Part shown: piece by piece, positions 9,243 through 18,577 of the stretch
How the letters are laid out: each line of letters begins with the position of its first letter
How positions within the stretch are numbered: position 1 is the first letter of the stretch
NCBI GenBank assembly: GCA_965197585.1
Contig: OZ240215.1
Span: 2,272,001-2,336,000 of the forward strand
Reading direction: 5' to 3'
DNA: 64,000 nt
DNA from: Dehalococcoidia bacterium
GTDB lineage: Bacteria > Chloroflexota > Dehalococcoidia > Plut-88900
Program-made: the position numbers and the translations under genes
The notes under the pieces: model-generated
Database searches by the model: none
Told to the model about the DNA's origin: nothing
Seen by the model: the letters and a program-made list of their open reading frames with translations, nothing else

Positions 9243-10529
9243 ATGGTAGTAACTACACGAAAAGAACGACAGATTCCGGCCGTCCACATCCCCGATGTCC
9301 AGGACGAGTCCTATGGCGCAACGCAAATAGGCCCCTTTGACTACGTTCCCAAGGTCGGGTTCCGTGAGTACTGGTACCCCTGCGTCTGGACCAAGGAAGT
9401 GGGTCGCAAGCCCAAGAACATCAAGATGCTCGGGGATGAACTCGTCCTGTTCCGGGGCAAGAACAGCAAGATTGTTGCCCTCAACGAATGGTGCCCCCAC
9501 CGCGGCGCCCGACTCTCCCGAGGCTTCTGCGAGTTCGAAGGGACCGTCACCTGTCCCTACCACGGCTACACTTTCGACGAGACGGGTAAGTGCGTCGCCG
9601 GCCTCATTGAGAGCACCGAGTCCCCCCTGGTCAACAAGATGCGCACCCGTGTCTATCCCACCGCTGAGTGGAATGGTATCGTCCTGGTCTGGATGGGCGA
9701 GACCGACCCCGTTCCCTTCGAAGAGGACCTCCCTTACGAGTTCTCCGACTCGACCCTCACCGGCCGCAAGTACACCAGGGTCAAGACGTGGGAGACCAAC
9801 TGGACCGAACCCATGAACCAGGGCATCGACTACCATGAGTTCTACCTCCACCGCGGCCTCAACTTCTGGCGATTCGTCGATTACCGCTTACCCTTCTGGC
9901 GGCCCAAGTCCGTCTCCACCGGCGGCACCGAGATCGTCTCCGAAGGCGAGGACAACATCTGGGTCAAGACCGCCGAGGCCAAGTTCGGTCACGCCGAATA
10001 CCCGGGCCTTGGCAAATGGCCTCGAAAGACCTGGTGGCGCAAGCTCTCCGCACCCAAGACACCCAACGCAGGAATGATCGCCACCGCCACGGGAGAAAAG
10101 GCCTGGGCCACCTACAACCACAACCTCCAGCTCCCAACCAAGATCAGGGTTTGCATCGGCAGCTTGGTGCACCTGAGATGGGGCGTCCCCGTCGACGAGC
10201 AAAACACCCGGGTCTGGACTTTCACCGTCTGCAAGACTCCCAAGACCTTCCTCGGAAAGTTCTGGATGGACGTCTGGTACTACCTCTGGAACAAGCCCGC
10301 CCGGGTCGTCGCCATCAACGAAAAAGAAGACCTCATCGTCTTCAAGACCGAGCACATCAACCTGGAGCGCCCCCAGAAGCTCGGCCTCCTCGACAGGGGC
10401 CTGATCCTCTTCCGCCGAAACTTGGCCAAGCGCTCCCGAGACTTCCAGCGCCTCGGCGGCGCCCGAGGTTGCCTAAAACAGGAACCGGACCCCGCAATGG
10501 TCCGGAAGTGGGCGCGTAACCACCGCTAG
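9243..10529 (+). CDS. Rieske non-heme iron oxygenase, alpha subunit
   Basis: CPHRGA...CPYHGY Rieske motif; NQGIDYHEFYLH mononuclear Fe site. Confidence 0.9.
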   Translation: MVVTTRKERQIPAVHIPDVQDESYGATQIGPFDYVPKVGFREYWYPCVWTKEVGRKPKNIKMLGDELVLFRGKNSKIVALNEWCPHRGARLSRGFCEFEGTVTCPYHGYTFDETGKCVAGLIESTESPLVNKMRTRVYPTAEWNGIVLVWMGETDPVPFEEDLPYEFSDSTLTGRKYTRVKTWETNWTEPMNQGIDYHEFYLHRGLNFWRFVDYRLPFWRPKSVSTGGTEIVSEGEDNIWVKTAEAKFGHAEYPGLGKWPRKTWWRKLSAPKTPNAGMIATATGEKAWATYNHNLQLPTKIRVCIGSLVHLRWGVPVDEQNTRVWTFTVCKTPKTFLGKFWMDVWYYLWNKPARVVAINEKEDLIVFKTEHINLERPQKLGLLDRGLILFRRNLAKRSRDFQRLGGARGCLKQEPDPAMVRKWARNHR

Positions 10530-10554
10530 CCCCACCTCTCCTCCCCTAAGAGTC

Positions 10555-10592
10555 AAACCCGGGAATGCTTGAAGCATTCCCGGGTTTCTTTT
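10555..10592 (+). terminator. Intrinsic terminator-like hairpin
   Basis: AAACCCGGGAATGC-TTGAA-GCATTCCCGGGTTT followed by CTTTT. Confidence 0.7.
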
Positions 10593-10653
10593 TCCTCTCT
10601 GGTAACCCTGGAGGCCCCACTCCCACCCCGCCGGTGTTAGGATTGCCCGCATC

Positions 10654-11895
10654 ATGGCACAAGCAGTCCCGCGGATTGCCAATTCGCTCCAAAGCCCCAT
10701 TTACGGATGGGTAGTTATCCTCACCTGGATGGCAATCCACATGTGGGGGTATCTGGTGATGGAGACCCTGGGCCTTTTCCTGCCATCCATGCGTGAGGAG
10801 CTTAATCTCACCCCCGTCCGGGAAGGCCTCCTCGGAGCAGCGCCCCAGCTGACGGTCCTCATTTTGTCCATCCCTTTCGGGCTCTACCTTTCCCGCTTTC
10901 CCCCCAAACTGCTCACCCTGGTCTCCATTGTTGGAGCAGTCTGCGTCATCTTCTTTCAGGCTTGGGCCCCCGTCTACGGCTTCGTCCTGCTGGCGAGATT
11001 ACTATACGGCCTCTCCATAACCCTAAGAGAACCCGCCCGGACCCTGCTCCTCAGGATGTGGATACGGCCCCGGCAGATTCTGATTGCCAACGCCTCTATT
11101 GAGCTGCTCTGGGGCATCGGCGCTGCGTTATTTATCCTCATACCGGTCATCCTGAAGGCTCTGGACGACGATTGGCGCAAGACTATGCAGGTCCTCGGCT
11201 ATGCAACCATTGCTTTAGCCGTGGTCTGGTTCGTCGTAGGTAGAGAGCGTCCCATGCCCGACGCCGAGACCGAAAGAGAAAGTAAGGAGCCCGTATCCAT
11301 CAGGAGCGCCCTTCGCTACAAGGAGCTGTGGCTCTTGGCCATCGGATTGGTGGGAGTCGAGATGACCTTTTCCTCCTTTGCCACCTTCTGGCCCAGCCAC
11401 ATGAAAGACACATACGGCATTGATATCCAGACTTCGGCCCTGATCTGGGCCATCGGCGGCATGGTTGCCGGTCCCTCCGGCCTGGGCATCAACCTTATGG
11501 TCAACAAGACTGGTAAGCGTAGAACGGCTCTGCGTGTGGGCGGAGCGTTGATTTCTGTGACTACCGTAGCCCTACTCTATTCCGGGTCTTTCCCGGTCCT
11601 GGTGGTCTTATCACTGCTACACGGCCTCAGCTTCACTTTCTTCCCGGTGATATTCACCATACCCTTCCAATTGAAGGGCATCCGGACCCGGGAGATCGCC
11701 GTGGCAATGGGATTCTTAAGGACGGCTTTGATGGTGGGAGCTATGAGCGGCCCCATAGCGGCGGGGGTGCTTCACGAAATCTCCGACGACCGGCGCCTTG
11801 CACTGACCATCGTGGGTATGGCCGGAGTAACACTGACCATCGCTGCCTTCTTCCTCCCCGCCGAATGGGACCGCCGCCCCCGAGAGCTGGTCTGA
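10654..11895 (+). CDS. MFS transporter (paralog of 4141-5403)
   Basis: About 12 TM segments; ALRYKELW, FATFWP and REIAVA motifs shared with the 4141-5403 MFS. Confidence 0.8.
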   Translation: MAQAVPRIANSLQSPIYGWVVILTWMAIHMWGYLVMETLGLFLPSMREELNLTPVREGLLGAAPQLTVLILSIPFGLYLSRFPPKLLTLVSIVGAVCVIFFQAWAPVYGFVLLARLLYGLSITLREPARTLLLRMWIRPRQILIANASIELLWGIGAALFILIPVILKALDDDWRKTMQVLGYATIALAVVWFVVGRERPMPDAETERESKEPVSIRSALRYKELWLLAIGLVGVEMTFSSFATFWPSHMKDTYGIDIQTSALIWAIGGMVAGPSGLGINLMVNKTGKRRTALRVGGALISVTTVALLYSGSFPVLVVLSLLHGLSFTFFPVIFTIPFQLKGIRTREIAVAMGFLRTALMVGAMSGPIAAGVLHEISDDRRLALTIVGMAGVTLTIAAFFLPAEWDRRPRELV

Positions 11896-11907
11896 CCGGC
11901 ACTTGGC

Positions 11908-13110
11908 TTAGTAGGTCCGCCCCTTCCACCCCCCGCCCCTTCTCATCCAGGACCTCCGCGCCGAGTCCACAGTTATCAGCGTGTACAGAAGACCGGCCGT
12001 AGGCAGAAGTAGTCCCCAACAACGGTTCAGCCCGTACCACTTCAACATCGGCGTGTTTATCGCCGACATTAGCCCCCACCCCCCCACCCCCGAGACCAAC
12101 AACACCCACGTCGGTGTATCCCATACTCCCACGGCAGCTAAACCTATCCCTGCGCCAAACGCTGCCGGAGGTCCGAGATATAGCCACACCATCCCCAAAA
12201 TCGTACCCGCCAACAGGATCGGCGAGCGACGTAGCTGTACGTAAGCCGTCCTCGCTACCATGTCCCAAATGCCTCTGAGTCCGTCATAGGGCCGGATGCT
12301 TTGCACCTCCTGGCTCATCCCCAACCACAATCTCCCCCGACCCTCGGGCCCGCGTACCAACCGAGCAAGAGTGCAGTCGTCGATTATCGCGTCCCTCATC
12401 GATTCAAAACCCCCGCCCCCCACCAAGCGTGCCTTCCTAACCAGCACACATCCCCCCGCCGCAGCTGCCGTACTCTTCTCGTGATCGTTCACCCAGCGAA
12501 ATGGATATAGCTTCCCGAAGAAGAACACGAAGGCCGGTATCAGAACCTTGTCCCAGAAGGTAGACACATGCAGCTTCGCCATCACCGAGACCATATCCAA
12601 CCTCTCCTCCTCCGCCCGCGCCACTAAAGAAACCAATACATCCGGTGAGTGCGCTATATCCGCGTCGGTGAACCAGAAATATTCATGGTCGACTGTCTTT
12701 GCCTCCTCGACACCCTGCTGCAGGGCCCAAACCTTCCCCGCCCACCCCTCAGGTCTTTCTCTACCCATCACCACTTTGAGGGAAAAGCCTTTGTCGGCTT
12801 CTCTGGCGGCGGCCTTTGCGATATCAGCAGTTCTATCCGAGCTCCGGTCGTCGACTAGATATACCGACACGCGCCCCGGGTAGCGTTGCCCAAGGACTGT
12901 TGGAATTGTTTGACCAATGACCTCGGTCTCATTCCGGGCTGGTATTACCGCCACGACCCCCGGCCATGGACCACCTTCCTTGGCTTTTGGAAGTTCTAGC
13001 CGTTGGTCCGTCGCCCAGAATCGGCCCCTGAAAAACGTCAGCCAGCCCCAGGCAAGAAATGCGGAAACCGATAGGCCGACCCCAACCCACACTCCGACTT
13101 CCATACTCAT
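11908..13110 (-). CDS. GT2 glycosyltransferase, hopene-associated HpnB-like
   Basis: VIPARNE, VDDRSSD, GWAGKVWAL, TDADI, AAAAGGC, IIDDC, C-terminal GGGWKGRTY. Confidence 0.8.
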   Translation of the reverse strand: MSMEVGVWVGVGLSVSAFLAWGWLTFFRGRFWATDQRLELPKAKEGGPWPGVVAVIPARNETEVIGQTIPTVLGQRYPGRVSVYLVDDRSSDRTADIAKAAAREADKGFSLKVVMGRERPEGWAGKVWALQQGVEEAKTVDHEYFWFTDADIAHSPDVLVSLVARAEEERLDMVSVMAKLHVSTFWDKVLIPAFVFFFGKLYPFRWVNDHEKSTAAAAGGCVLVRKARLVGGGGFESMRDAIIDDCTLARLVRGPEGRGRLWLGMSQEVQSIRPYDGLRGIWDMVARTAYVQLRRSPILLAGTILGMVWLYLGPPAAFGAGIGLAAVGVWDTPTWVLLVSGVGGWGLMSAINTPMLKWYGLNRCWGLLLPTAGLLYTLITVDSARRSWMRRGGGWKGRTY

Positions 13111-13141
13111 CGGCCTAGTTTAGCGCAGCAGATGACTGGGG

Positions 13142-13426
13142 CTAGTCCGGCACACCGTCGAAGGAGGCCATCTTGTCCAGGTAGTGCTGGGGGTCCGACG
13201 TGGAAGGCGAGTTTTTGAACGCCTCGTCGACCATCTTGTCGTACTTCGGGTCGAGTTCCGCCATCTTCGTCTCGGCAGACTTGTGAAAGGCGAAGGTAGA
13301 AAACCGCCGCTCCGCTCCCGGGTCCCCACACCCCTCGCAAGCCACCTTTTCAGGCGGTGAAAAGTTGCGCCAATAACGGCTGGTCACCTGCTGACACCCG
13401 AGGCACTTGTATTCGTACAGTGGCAT
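13142..13426 (-). CDS. FmdB-family zinc-ribbon protein
   Basis: MPLYEYKCxxC...CxxCG. Confidence 0.85.
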   Translation of the reverse strand: MPLYEYKCLGCQQVTSRYWRNFSPPEKVACEGCGDPGAERRFSTFAFHKSAETKMAELDPKYDKMVDEAFKNSPSTSDPQHYLDKMASFDGVPD

Positions 13427-13435
13427 AGGGTCTAC

Positions 13436-13882
13436 CTAAGCGGCGAAGACTGTCTCCACCTGTTCAGATGCGTCGAAATAGGCTTGGAACGAAAGGTGAT
13501 ATCGAAGAAAAGATTGCCGCAAAAAGTCATCCTTGACCCGCAGAATCCCACCCTCCCGCGTCAGGTCAAGAGTGTTCAGGCTATGCTCTCCATCTGCCCC
13601 GCCGTTGGACTTGATGTTGCTTAGCAGCTCCCGCCACCCCTCCGGCGACATCTCCAGGTAGAAGTCCAAGTCCGCCAGTCCCTCGACACCAATGTCGGAC
13701 ACTTCCTCGCAGGAAAACGCCTCGAACTTCAGGGAGAAGGCCTTCTCTCCTACCTTCACGCCCATGTTCGCATCGCAATTGCCCAGGGCCCGGAACTCCT
13801 TGCTCCGGTTCACAGTCTCCTTGACCTCCTCGAACCACTCTACGGACGGAAAAACAGGCATCTTAACCTCTCCTCTGCTCAC
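13436..13882 (-). CDS. Hypothetical protein, possibly SCP2-like lipid-binding fold
   Basis: FPSVEWF N-terminus and size resemble SCP2-like proteins; weak. Confidence 0.5.
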   Translation of the reverse strand: MSRGEVKMPVFPSVEWFEEVKETVNRSKEFRALGNCDANMGVKVGEKAFSLKFEAFSCEEVSDIGVEGLADLDFYLEMSPEGWRELLSNIKSNGGADGEHSLNTLDLTREGGILRVKDDFLRQSFLRYHLSFQAYFDASEQVETVFAA

Positions 13883-13994
13883 GATGTTAAGTGTCCGATT
13901 CTCGGGGTGTCAACCGCACCCGGCCCCGTAGGCAGGTGACAACAGATACGGGGCCTGTTAGATTTCTCTCAAGCCGCATAGGAAAACCGCCGTC

Positions 13995-14368
13995 ATGCTC
14001 AACGCAATGTCCAGGAGGCCCTGGAGAAAGACCTCATCATCGATATCACAACCACCGGCAGAAAGAGCGGCGACGCCCGCCCTGTCGAGATCTGGTTCCA
14101 TAACCTGGACGGCATCCTCTACATTTCCGGCCTGCTCTTGCCCGGGTCCCGGTCTTGGTATGCCAATATCCTCAACGACCCTCGATTTACCTTCCATCTC
14201 AAAGGGACGACAAAAGCCGACCTCCCCGCCCTCGCTACTCCGATAACCGACGCCATGGAAAGACACAGAGTCTTGGAGCGGATATGCGATAACTTGGGTG
14301 AGCCGCAACTTCTCGAAGCCCGAGTTGCTGAATCCCCCTTGATAAAAGTCGACCTCGAAGCCGGATAA
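13995..14368 (+). pseudogene. Frameshifted nitroreductase/deazaflavin-dependent oxidoreductase paralog
   Basis: Homologous to 14427-14795 but with a 1-nt loss after codon 3 (ATG CTC AAC GC AAT GTC CAG vs ATG CTC GAC CCC AAA GTC CAA). Confidence 0.7.
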
Positions 14369-14426
14369 GCTCTTACTTCAAACCGAATCGGCTGGACCGT
14401 TGCCCCCGCATAGGAGAACCGACGTC

Positions 14427-14795
14427 ATGCTCGACCCCAAAGTCCAAGAGGCCCTGGAAAAAGACCTCATCATCGATATCACCACCACCGGCAGAAAGAG
14501 CGGCGACGCCCGCCGGGTTGAGATCTGGTTCCATAACCTGGACGGCATCCTCTACATTACCGGCCTCCCCGGCACCCGAGGCTGGTACGCCAACATCCTC
14601 GTCGACCCCCGCATGTCCTTTCACCTCAAAGAGACTGCCGTCGCCGACCTCCCCGCCCTCGCCACCCCCATCACCGATCCTAATGAAAAGCGCAGAATCA
14701 TTCATGCCATCTGCTCCAAACAGGATACCCTGGACCAGCTGGATGCCCGCGTCGCCGGCGCCCCTCTCATCAAGGTTGACCTCAAAGCCGTCTAG
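14427..14795 (+). CDS. Nitroreductase family deazaflavin (F420)-dependent oxidoreductase-like protein
   Basis: ITTTGRKSG...EIWF...WYANI..DP motif; SD AGGAG upstream. Confidence 0.8.
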   Translation: MLDPKVQEALEKDLIIDITTTGRKSGDARRVEIWFHNLDGILYITGLPGTRGWYANILVDPRMSFHLKETAVADLPALATPITDPNEKRRIIHAICSKQDTLDQLDARVAGAPLIKVDLKAV

Positions 14796-14996
14796 CGTCA
14801 CTCCGGCCCCCGAACCGGAATCCAGAGGGGTGGGGCCGCTCATCCTGAGCAGAGTCGAAGGGTCGAGCGGGGGGGCGCGCACGCCGGCCTTGCTAAGTAC
14901 GAGCCGCCTGAAGCACTCACTAGTTTGACCCCACACCCCCATCACCGATAGCATAAAGCCGCGCCTCGACCCCAATACGAGGGAGGAACACCCCCC

Positions 14997-16163
14997 ATGC
15001 CGGGACCCGTCATAGACATAGACAGCCACATTTGGGAAAACCTGCCCCTAATGGCCGAGTATCTGGATCCAAAATACCGGGATTTGGCCCTATCTATCGA
15101 AGTCGACAAGCGCGGCCTGGAATACATGAGCGTCGAGGGCCGTATGCCCCATAACCTCTTCCTCAGGGAAGGCCGCTTCGGTCGCATGGCCGCGGGCAAG
15201 TCCATCGAGGAGAAGAGGGACCTCTACTTGAAGCCGGGAGCCGTGACCTATGAGCAGGGCCTCATCAACGTTCCCGCCTCCCACCAACCCGGCCCCCGAG
15301 TCCACGTCCTCGATCAGGAAGGCATCGACACCTCATTCATCTACCCGACCCTCGGCCTCCACTGGGAAACCGACGTTCAAGACACCAAAGTCGCCGCCGC
15401 CTACGCCCGTGCCTACAACGAATACGTCTTCGACTTCTGTAGCGACTTCCCAGACCGCCTCAAGCCCATCGCCCACATCACCCTCCTGGACATAGAGCAA
15501 GGCACCGCAGAGCTGCGCCGGGTTGCGGAGAGAGGTGTAACCGCCGCACTCATAAGTGGCTTCCCCCTGAACGGCCGCTCCTACGGAGACCCGGCCTTCG
15601 ACCCCTTCTGGGCAGCCGTTGAAGAGCTTCAAATACCCGTGACTCTGCACGTTGTCGGCGGGCTCTACCCCTTCTACAACCCGAACTTCCCGAACACCAC
15701 GCTCAATGACCTCCCCGACTCCGATATCTGGTATTTCGTGCTTCAAGAACCCCCCGCCGTTCACCTCGGCTTCGGCAGCATGATCGCCGGACGCGTCTTT
15801 GATAGGTTCCCCGACCTCAAGGTCGTGCTCCTGGAGACGGGCAGCGCGTGGATGCTCTACTGGTTCGAGAGAATGGACGGCATACTCGACGCCTTCCCCG
15901 GGACCAACGAGATGTCGATGTACCCCAGTGAGTATTTCAAGCGGCAGGTCTGGACCTCCATGGACCCCGACGAAGAGCTCGCCCCCCTGGTGGTCGAGAG
16001 GTTCGGTTCTAACAAATTCATGTGGGGCGCCGACTTTCCTCACTCGGAAGGCATGCTCGGTGCCGTCGATGAGTTGCGAGAGAGCCTGAAACCCCTCCCC
16101 CCCGACGCCCAGGCCAACATTCTGGGCCTCAACGCCATAGACCTCTATCACCTCACATCCTGA
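14997..16163 (+). CDS. Amidohydrolase_2 family protein
   Basis: IDIDSH, YPTLG, DPFWAAVEEL..PVTLH, RFPDLKVVLLETG, WGADFPHSEG. Confidence 0.88.
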   Translation: MPGPVIDIDSHIWENLPLMAEYLDPKYRDLALSIEVDKRGLEYMSVEGRMPHNLFLREGRFGRMAAGKSIEEKRDLYLKPGAVTYEQGLINVPASHQPGPRVHVLDQEGIDTSFIYPTLGLHWETDVQDTKVAAAYARAYNEYVFDFCSDFPDRLKPIAHITLLDIEQGTAELRRVAERGVTAALISGFPLNGRSYGDPAFDPFWAAVEELQIPVTLHVVGGLYPFYNPNFPNTTLNDLPDSDIWYFVLQEPPAVHLGFGSMIAGRVFDRFPDLKVVLLETGSAWMLYWFERMDGILDAFPGTNEMSMYPSEYFKRQVWTSMDPDEELAPLVVERFGSNKFMWGADFPHSEGMLGAVDELRESLKPLPPDAQANILGLNAIDLYHLTS

Positions 16164-16199
16164 CCAAGCCCGTCCTCTCCCCCGTAGGGGCAGGTCTCG

Positions 16200-16331
16200 G
16201 AGCCTGTCTCATAAGTCCGTTAAACACAGCCCGATTGGATATTCTTGACCAATGCGACGGGTGCCGTAGGCACGAATCCAAGTCGTAAAAAAGCGAGAAG
16301 TGGGGCGTGGGGCGACTTTTGAGACAGGCTC
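16200..16331. mobile_element. 132-bp MITE with IS1182-type terminal inverted repeats, copy 1
   Basis: GAGCCTGTCTCA...TGAGACAGGCTC, flanked by 4-bp direct repeat CTCG. Confidence 0.85.
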
Positions 16332-16533
16332 CTCGTGACTGCCTTCCCCTCCCATCCTCCCGCCCCCCAACCGGTCGAAGATGCTGTAAGTGTGCCTTTG
16401 ACGTGCGCCGAGCCGTGAATCCATCCCCTCGTAGGGGCCGTTCGCGAACCGCCCGACTCCCCCCACCTCATCTCCCAACATTCGTTCTTGCCACGCTAGG
16501 ACCCCATCCCCTCCGCCGTAGGGACAGGTCTTG

Positions 16534-16665
16534 GAGCCTGTCTCATAAGTCCGTTAAACACAGCTCAATTGGATATTCTTGACCAGTGCGACGGGTGCCG
16601 TATGCACGAATCCAAGTCGTAAAAAAGCGAGAAGTGGGGCGTGGTGCGACTTTTGAGACAAGCTC
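16534..16665. mobile_element. 132-bp MITE with IS1182-type terminal inverted repeats, copy 2
   Basis: Near-identical to copy 1; 4-bp direct repeat CTTG. Confidence 0.85.
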
Positions 16666-17024
16666 CTTGTGCCTGCCCTCCCGCTTATGAGCAAACCTTG
16701 TACTCACCCTCTCCTCATTTGACTATCCCCATACTGCTCCATATAATCCAATACCAGAACTAGCGTCATTGGCCGTAGCAGAAAGGTGACCCCGGATCCC
16801 AGTGCCGAGTCCTGAACAGACGCCCCGAATCACTGTCCCCTCCCTCCTCCTCCCCACCTTTCCCGGCCTGATGAGCTACTTAGGCAGCACGTACCGTCCC
16901 TGGGTGTTCGCTCCTATCCTGGAGGTGAATTATGGACGATCCATAACGGCAATTGAGCCGCCTGGGGGAAGATGCGTGCATTTTCCTGACACTGCTACTA
17001 TCACTTTGGAGGAGAATTCTAAGT

Positions 17025-18344
17025 ATGAGACACACAACCTCGTTATATAGGAAAAAGAGGGGGCTGGCATTGGGTCTTGTGTCCCTCGCCTTGGTCGCGC
17101 TGCTAATTGTTGCAGCTTGCGGCGAGTCCGCCACCGCCACCCCCGAGCCCGCGGTCACCGACCCTACACCCGAGCCCACAGCGGCTATGGACGAAGCCAC
17201 CGCAGAACCGGGTACAACCCTCAGACCCGTGAGCGAGTGGACCGTGGATAACCCCGGCACCTTTGCAGAGATTGAGGCGGCCCTTGAAAACCACCGCGGC
17301 GAGAGCTTCTCCTTCGCCACTTGGGGCGGCGCCTACCAGGAGATGCAGAGGCTGGCCTTCTTCGTGCCCTTTTCGGAGAAATTCGGCATAGAGATTATCG
17401 AAGACGGACCTCCTGACTACGCCAAGGTGCGGGCCATGGCCCATACTGGAAACGTCACTTGGGACATCGTCGATGGCTCCGGCCAGGCCGGTGTCACCAT
17501 GGGTCTCGAAGGCGTCCTCGAAGAGCTGGACGAGTCCATCATCGACAAGCGTGACCTCTTCCCCCACATCAGGGATGCTCCCTGGATCGGTGGCGGCGGC
17601 TCTGCCTACTCCATGGTGCTGCTCTACAGCAAAGACACCTACCCGGACGGTGGTGCTCAACCCTCCAGGTGGGCAGACTACCTGGATGACGACAAGTTCC
17701 CCGGACTTCGGGGCATGATCCCCAACGACTGGAACTGGAAGCACATGGTCCGCTGGGCCCACTTGGCCACCAACCCCTCCCTGCTCGACACGGAAGAGGG
17801 TAGAGCTTCCCTCTCCGCAATGAGCCCGGAAGAACTGGACGTGTCATGGCAAATAATCGAGGAACAACTCGTCCCGGCCATCGACCTCTATACCCCAGGC
17901 AGCAACGACTGCATCCTCTTCCTCGAATCCGGCGAAGTTGACATCTGCCAGACCGACAACGGTTTCGCCTACGATGCACTGGCCAATGCCGGTCACAACA
18001 TTGCCATTTGCTGGGAATGCGGCCACGACGTCCTGACGGACAACTGGTGGATCATAAGGGGAATCAAGGAGCAGGACCCCGTTAAGTGGGAGCTCCTAAA
18101 CCTCTTCTTCGCCTGGACCCAGGACCCGGAGATCGCAGCTAGCCAGGCCCTCTACCAGCCCTACGGGCCTACGAACCTCAAGTCCGCTCCCTTCCTCTCA
18201 GCGCCTGAATTCGACGCTCACAGGGACTACCTGTCCACCGCAGACGCCAACCTTCCCTACGCCATCCTCATGGACGAGGCGTCGGATGGAGTGATTGGTG
18301 GAGCCCAGGCAGATCTCTGGTTTGAAGCGCAAGGCAAGAATTAA
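17025..18344 (+). CDS. ABC-type extracellular solute-binding lipoprotein (PotD/PotF-like), paralog 1
   Basis: Lipobox IVAAC, ATWGGAYQE, WDIVD, KFPGLRG, PYGPTN. Confidence 0.85.
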   Translation: MRHTTSLYRKKRGLALGLVSLALVALLIVAACGESATATPEPAVTDPTPEPTAAMDEATAEPGTTLRPVSEWTVDNPGTFAEIEAALENHRGESFSFATWGGAYQEMQRLAFFVPFSEKFGIEIIEDGPPDYAKVRAMAHTGNVTWDIVDGSGQAGVTMGLEGVLEELDESIIDKRDLFPHIRDAPWIGGGGSAYSMVLLYSKDTYPDGGAQPSRWADYLDDDKFPGLRGMIPNDWNWKHMVRWAHLATNPSLLDTEEGRASLSAMSPEELDVSWQIIEEQLVPAIDLYTPGSNDCILFLESGEVDICQTDNGFAYDALANAGHNIAICWECGHDVLTDNWWIIRGIKEQDPVKWELLNLFFAWTQDPEIAASQALYQPYGPTNLKSAPFLSAPEFDAHRDYLSTADANLPYAILMDEASDGVIGGAQADLWFEAQGKN

Positions 18345-18368
18345 ATAGTTGCAGGCAAGCCAAAAGTC

Positions 18369-18396
18369 GGGGGGCCGGTCGCATGACCGGCCCCCC
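18369..18396. terminator. GC hairpin after SBP paralog 1 (also at 19919-19946 and 21488-21515)
   Basis: GGGGGCCGGTC-N4-GACCGGCCCCC after each paralog. Confidence 0.7.
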
Positions 18397-18577
18397 TCAA
18401 TAGTAAATCATCCATTTGGGGCTCACTTTGCCCCGTTGGTTCTCAGCAAGGGCGTAGCCACGCCTCGACACCCACCCCTTTCGGGAGGCAGCTTATAAAT
18501 TATCCATAGCGGCAGACAAGCTATCTGGAGGAAGCGCCCAGCCCTTCCGAAAGTATCGGTTAGCATTAGCTGAGAGG

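Noticed and set aside
8242-9289. Several long overlapping ORFs (290, 226, 245 and 177 aa) on both strands
   Set aside because: Arg/Pro/Gly-rich with no recognisable motif, run through REP repeats, and are not conserved in the related elements B and C; better explained as GC-rich structured non-coding sequence.
16200-16665. Possible CRISPR array
   Set aside because: Only two 132-bp units, with terminal inverted repeats and target duplications; no short repeat-spacer periodicity and no cas genes.
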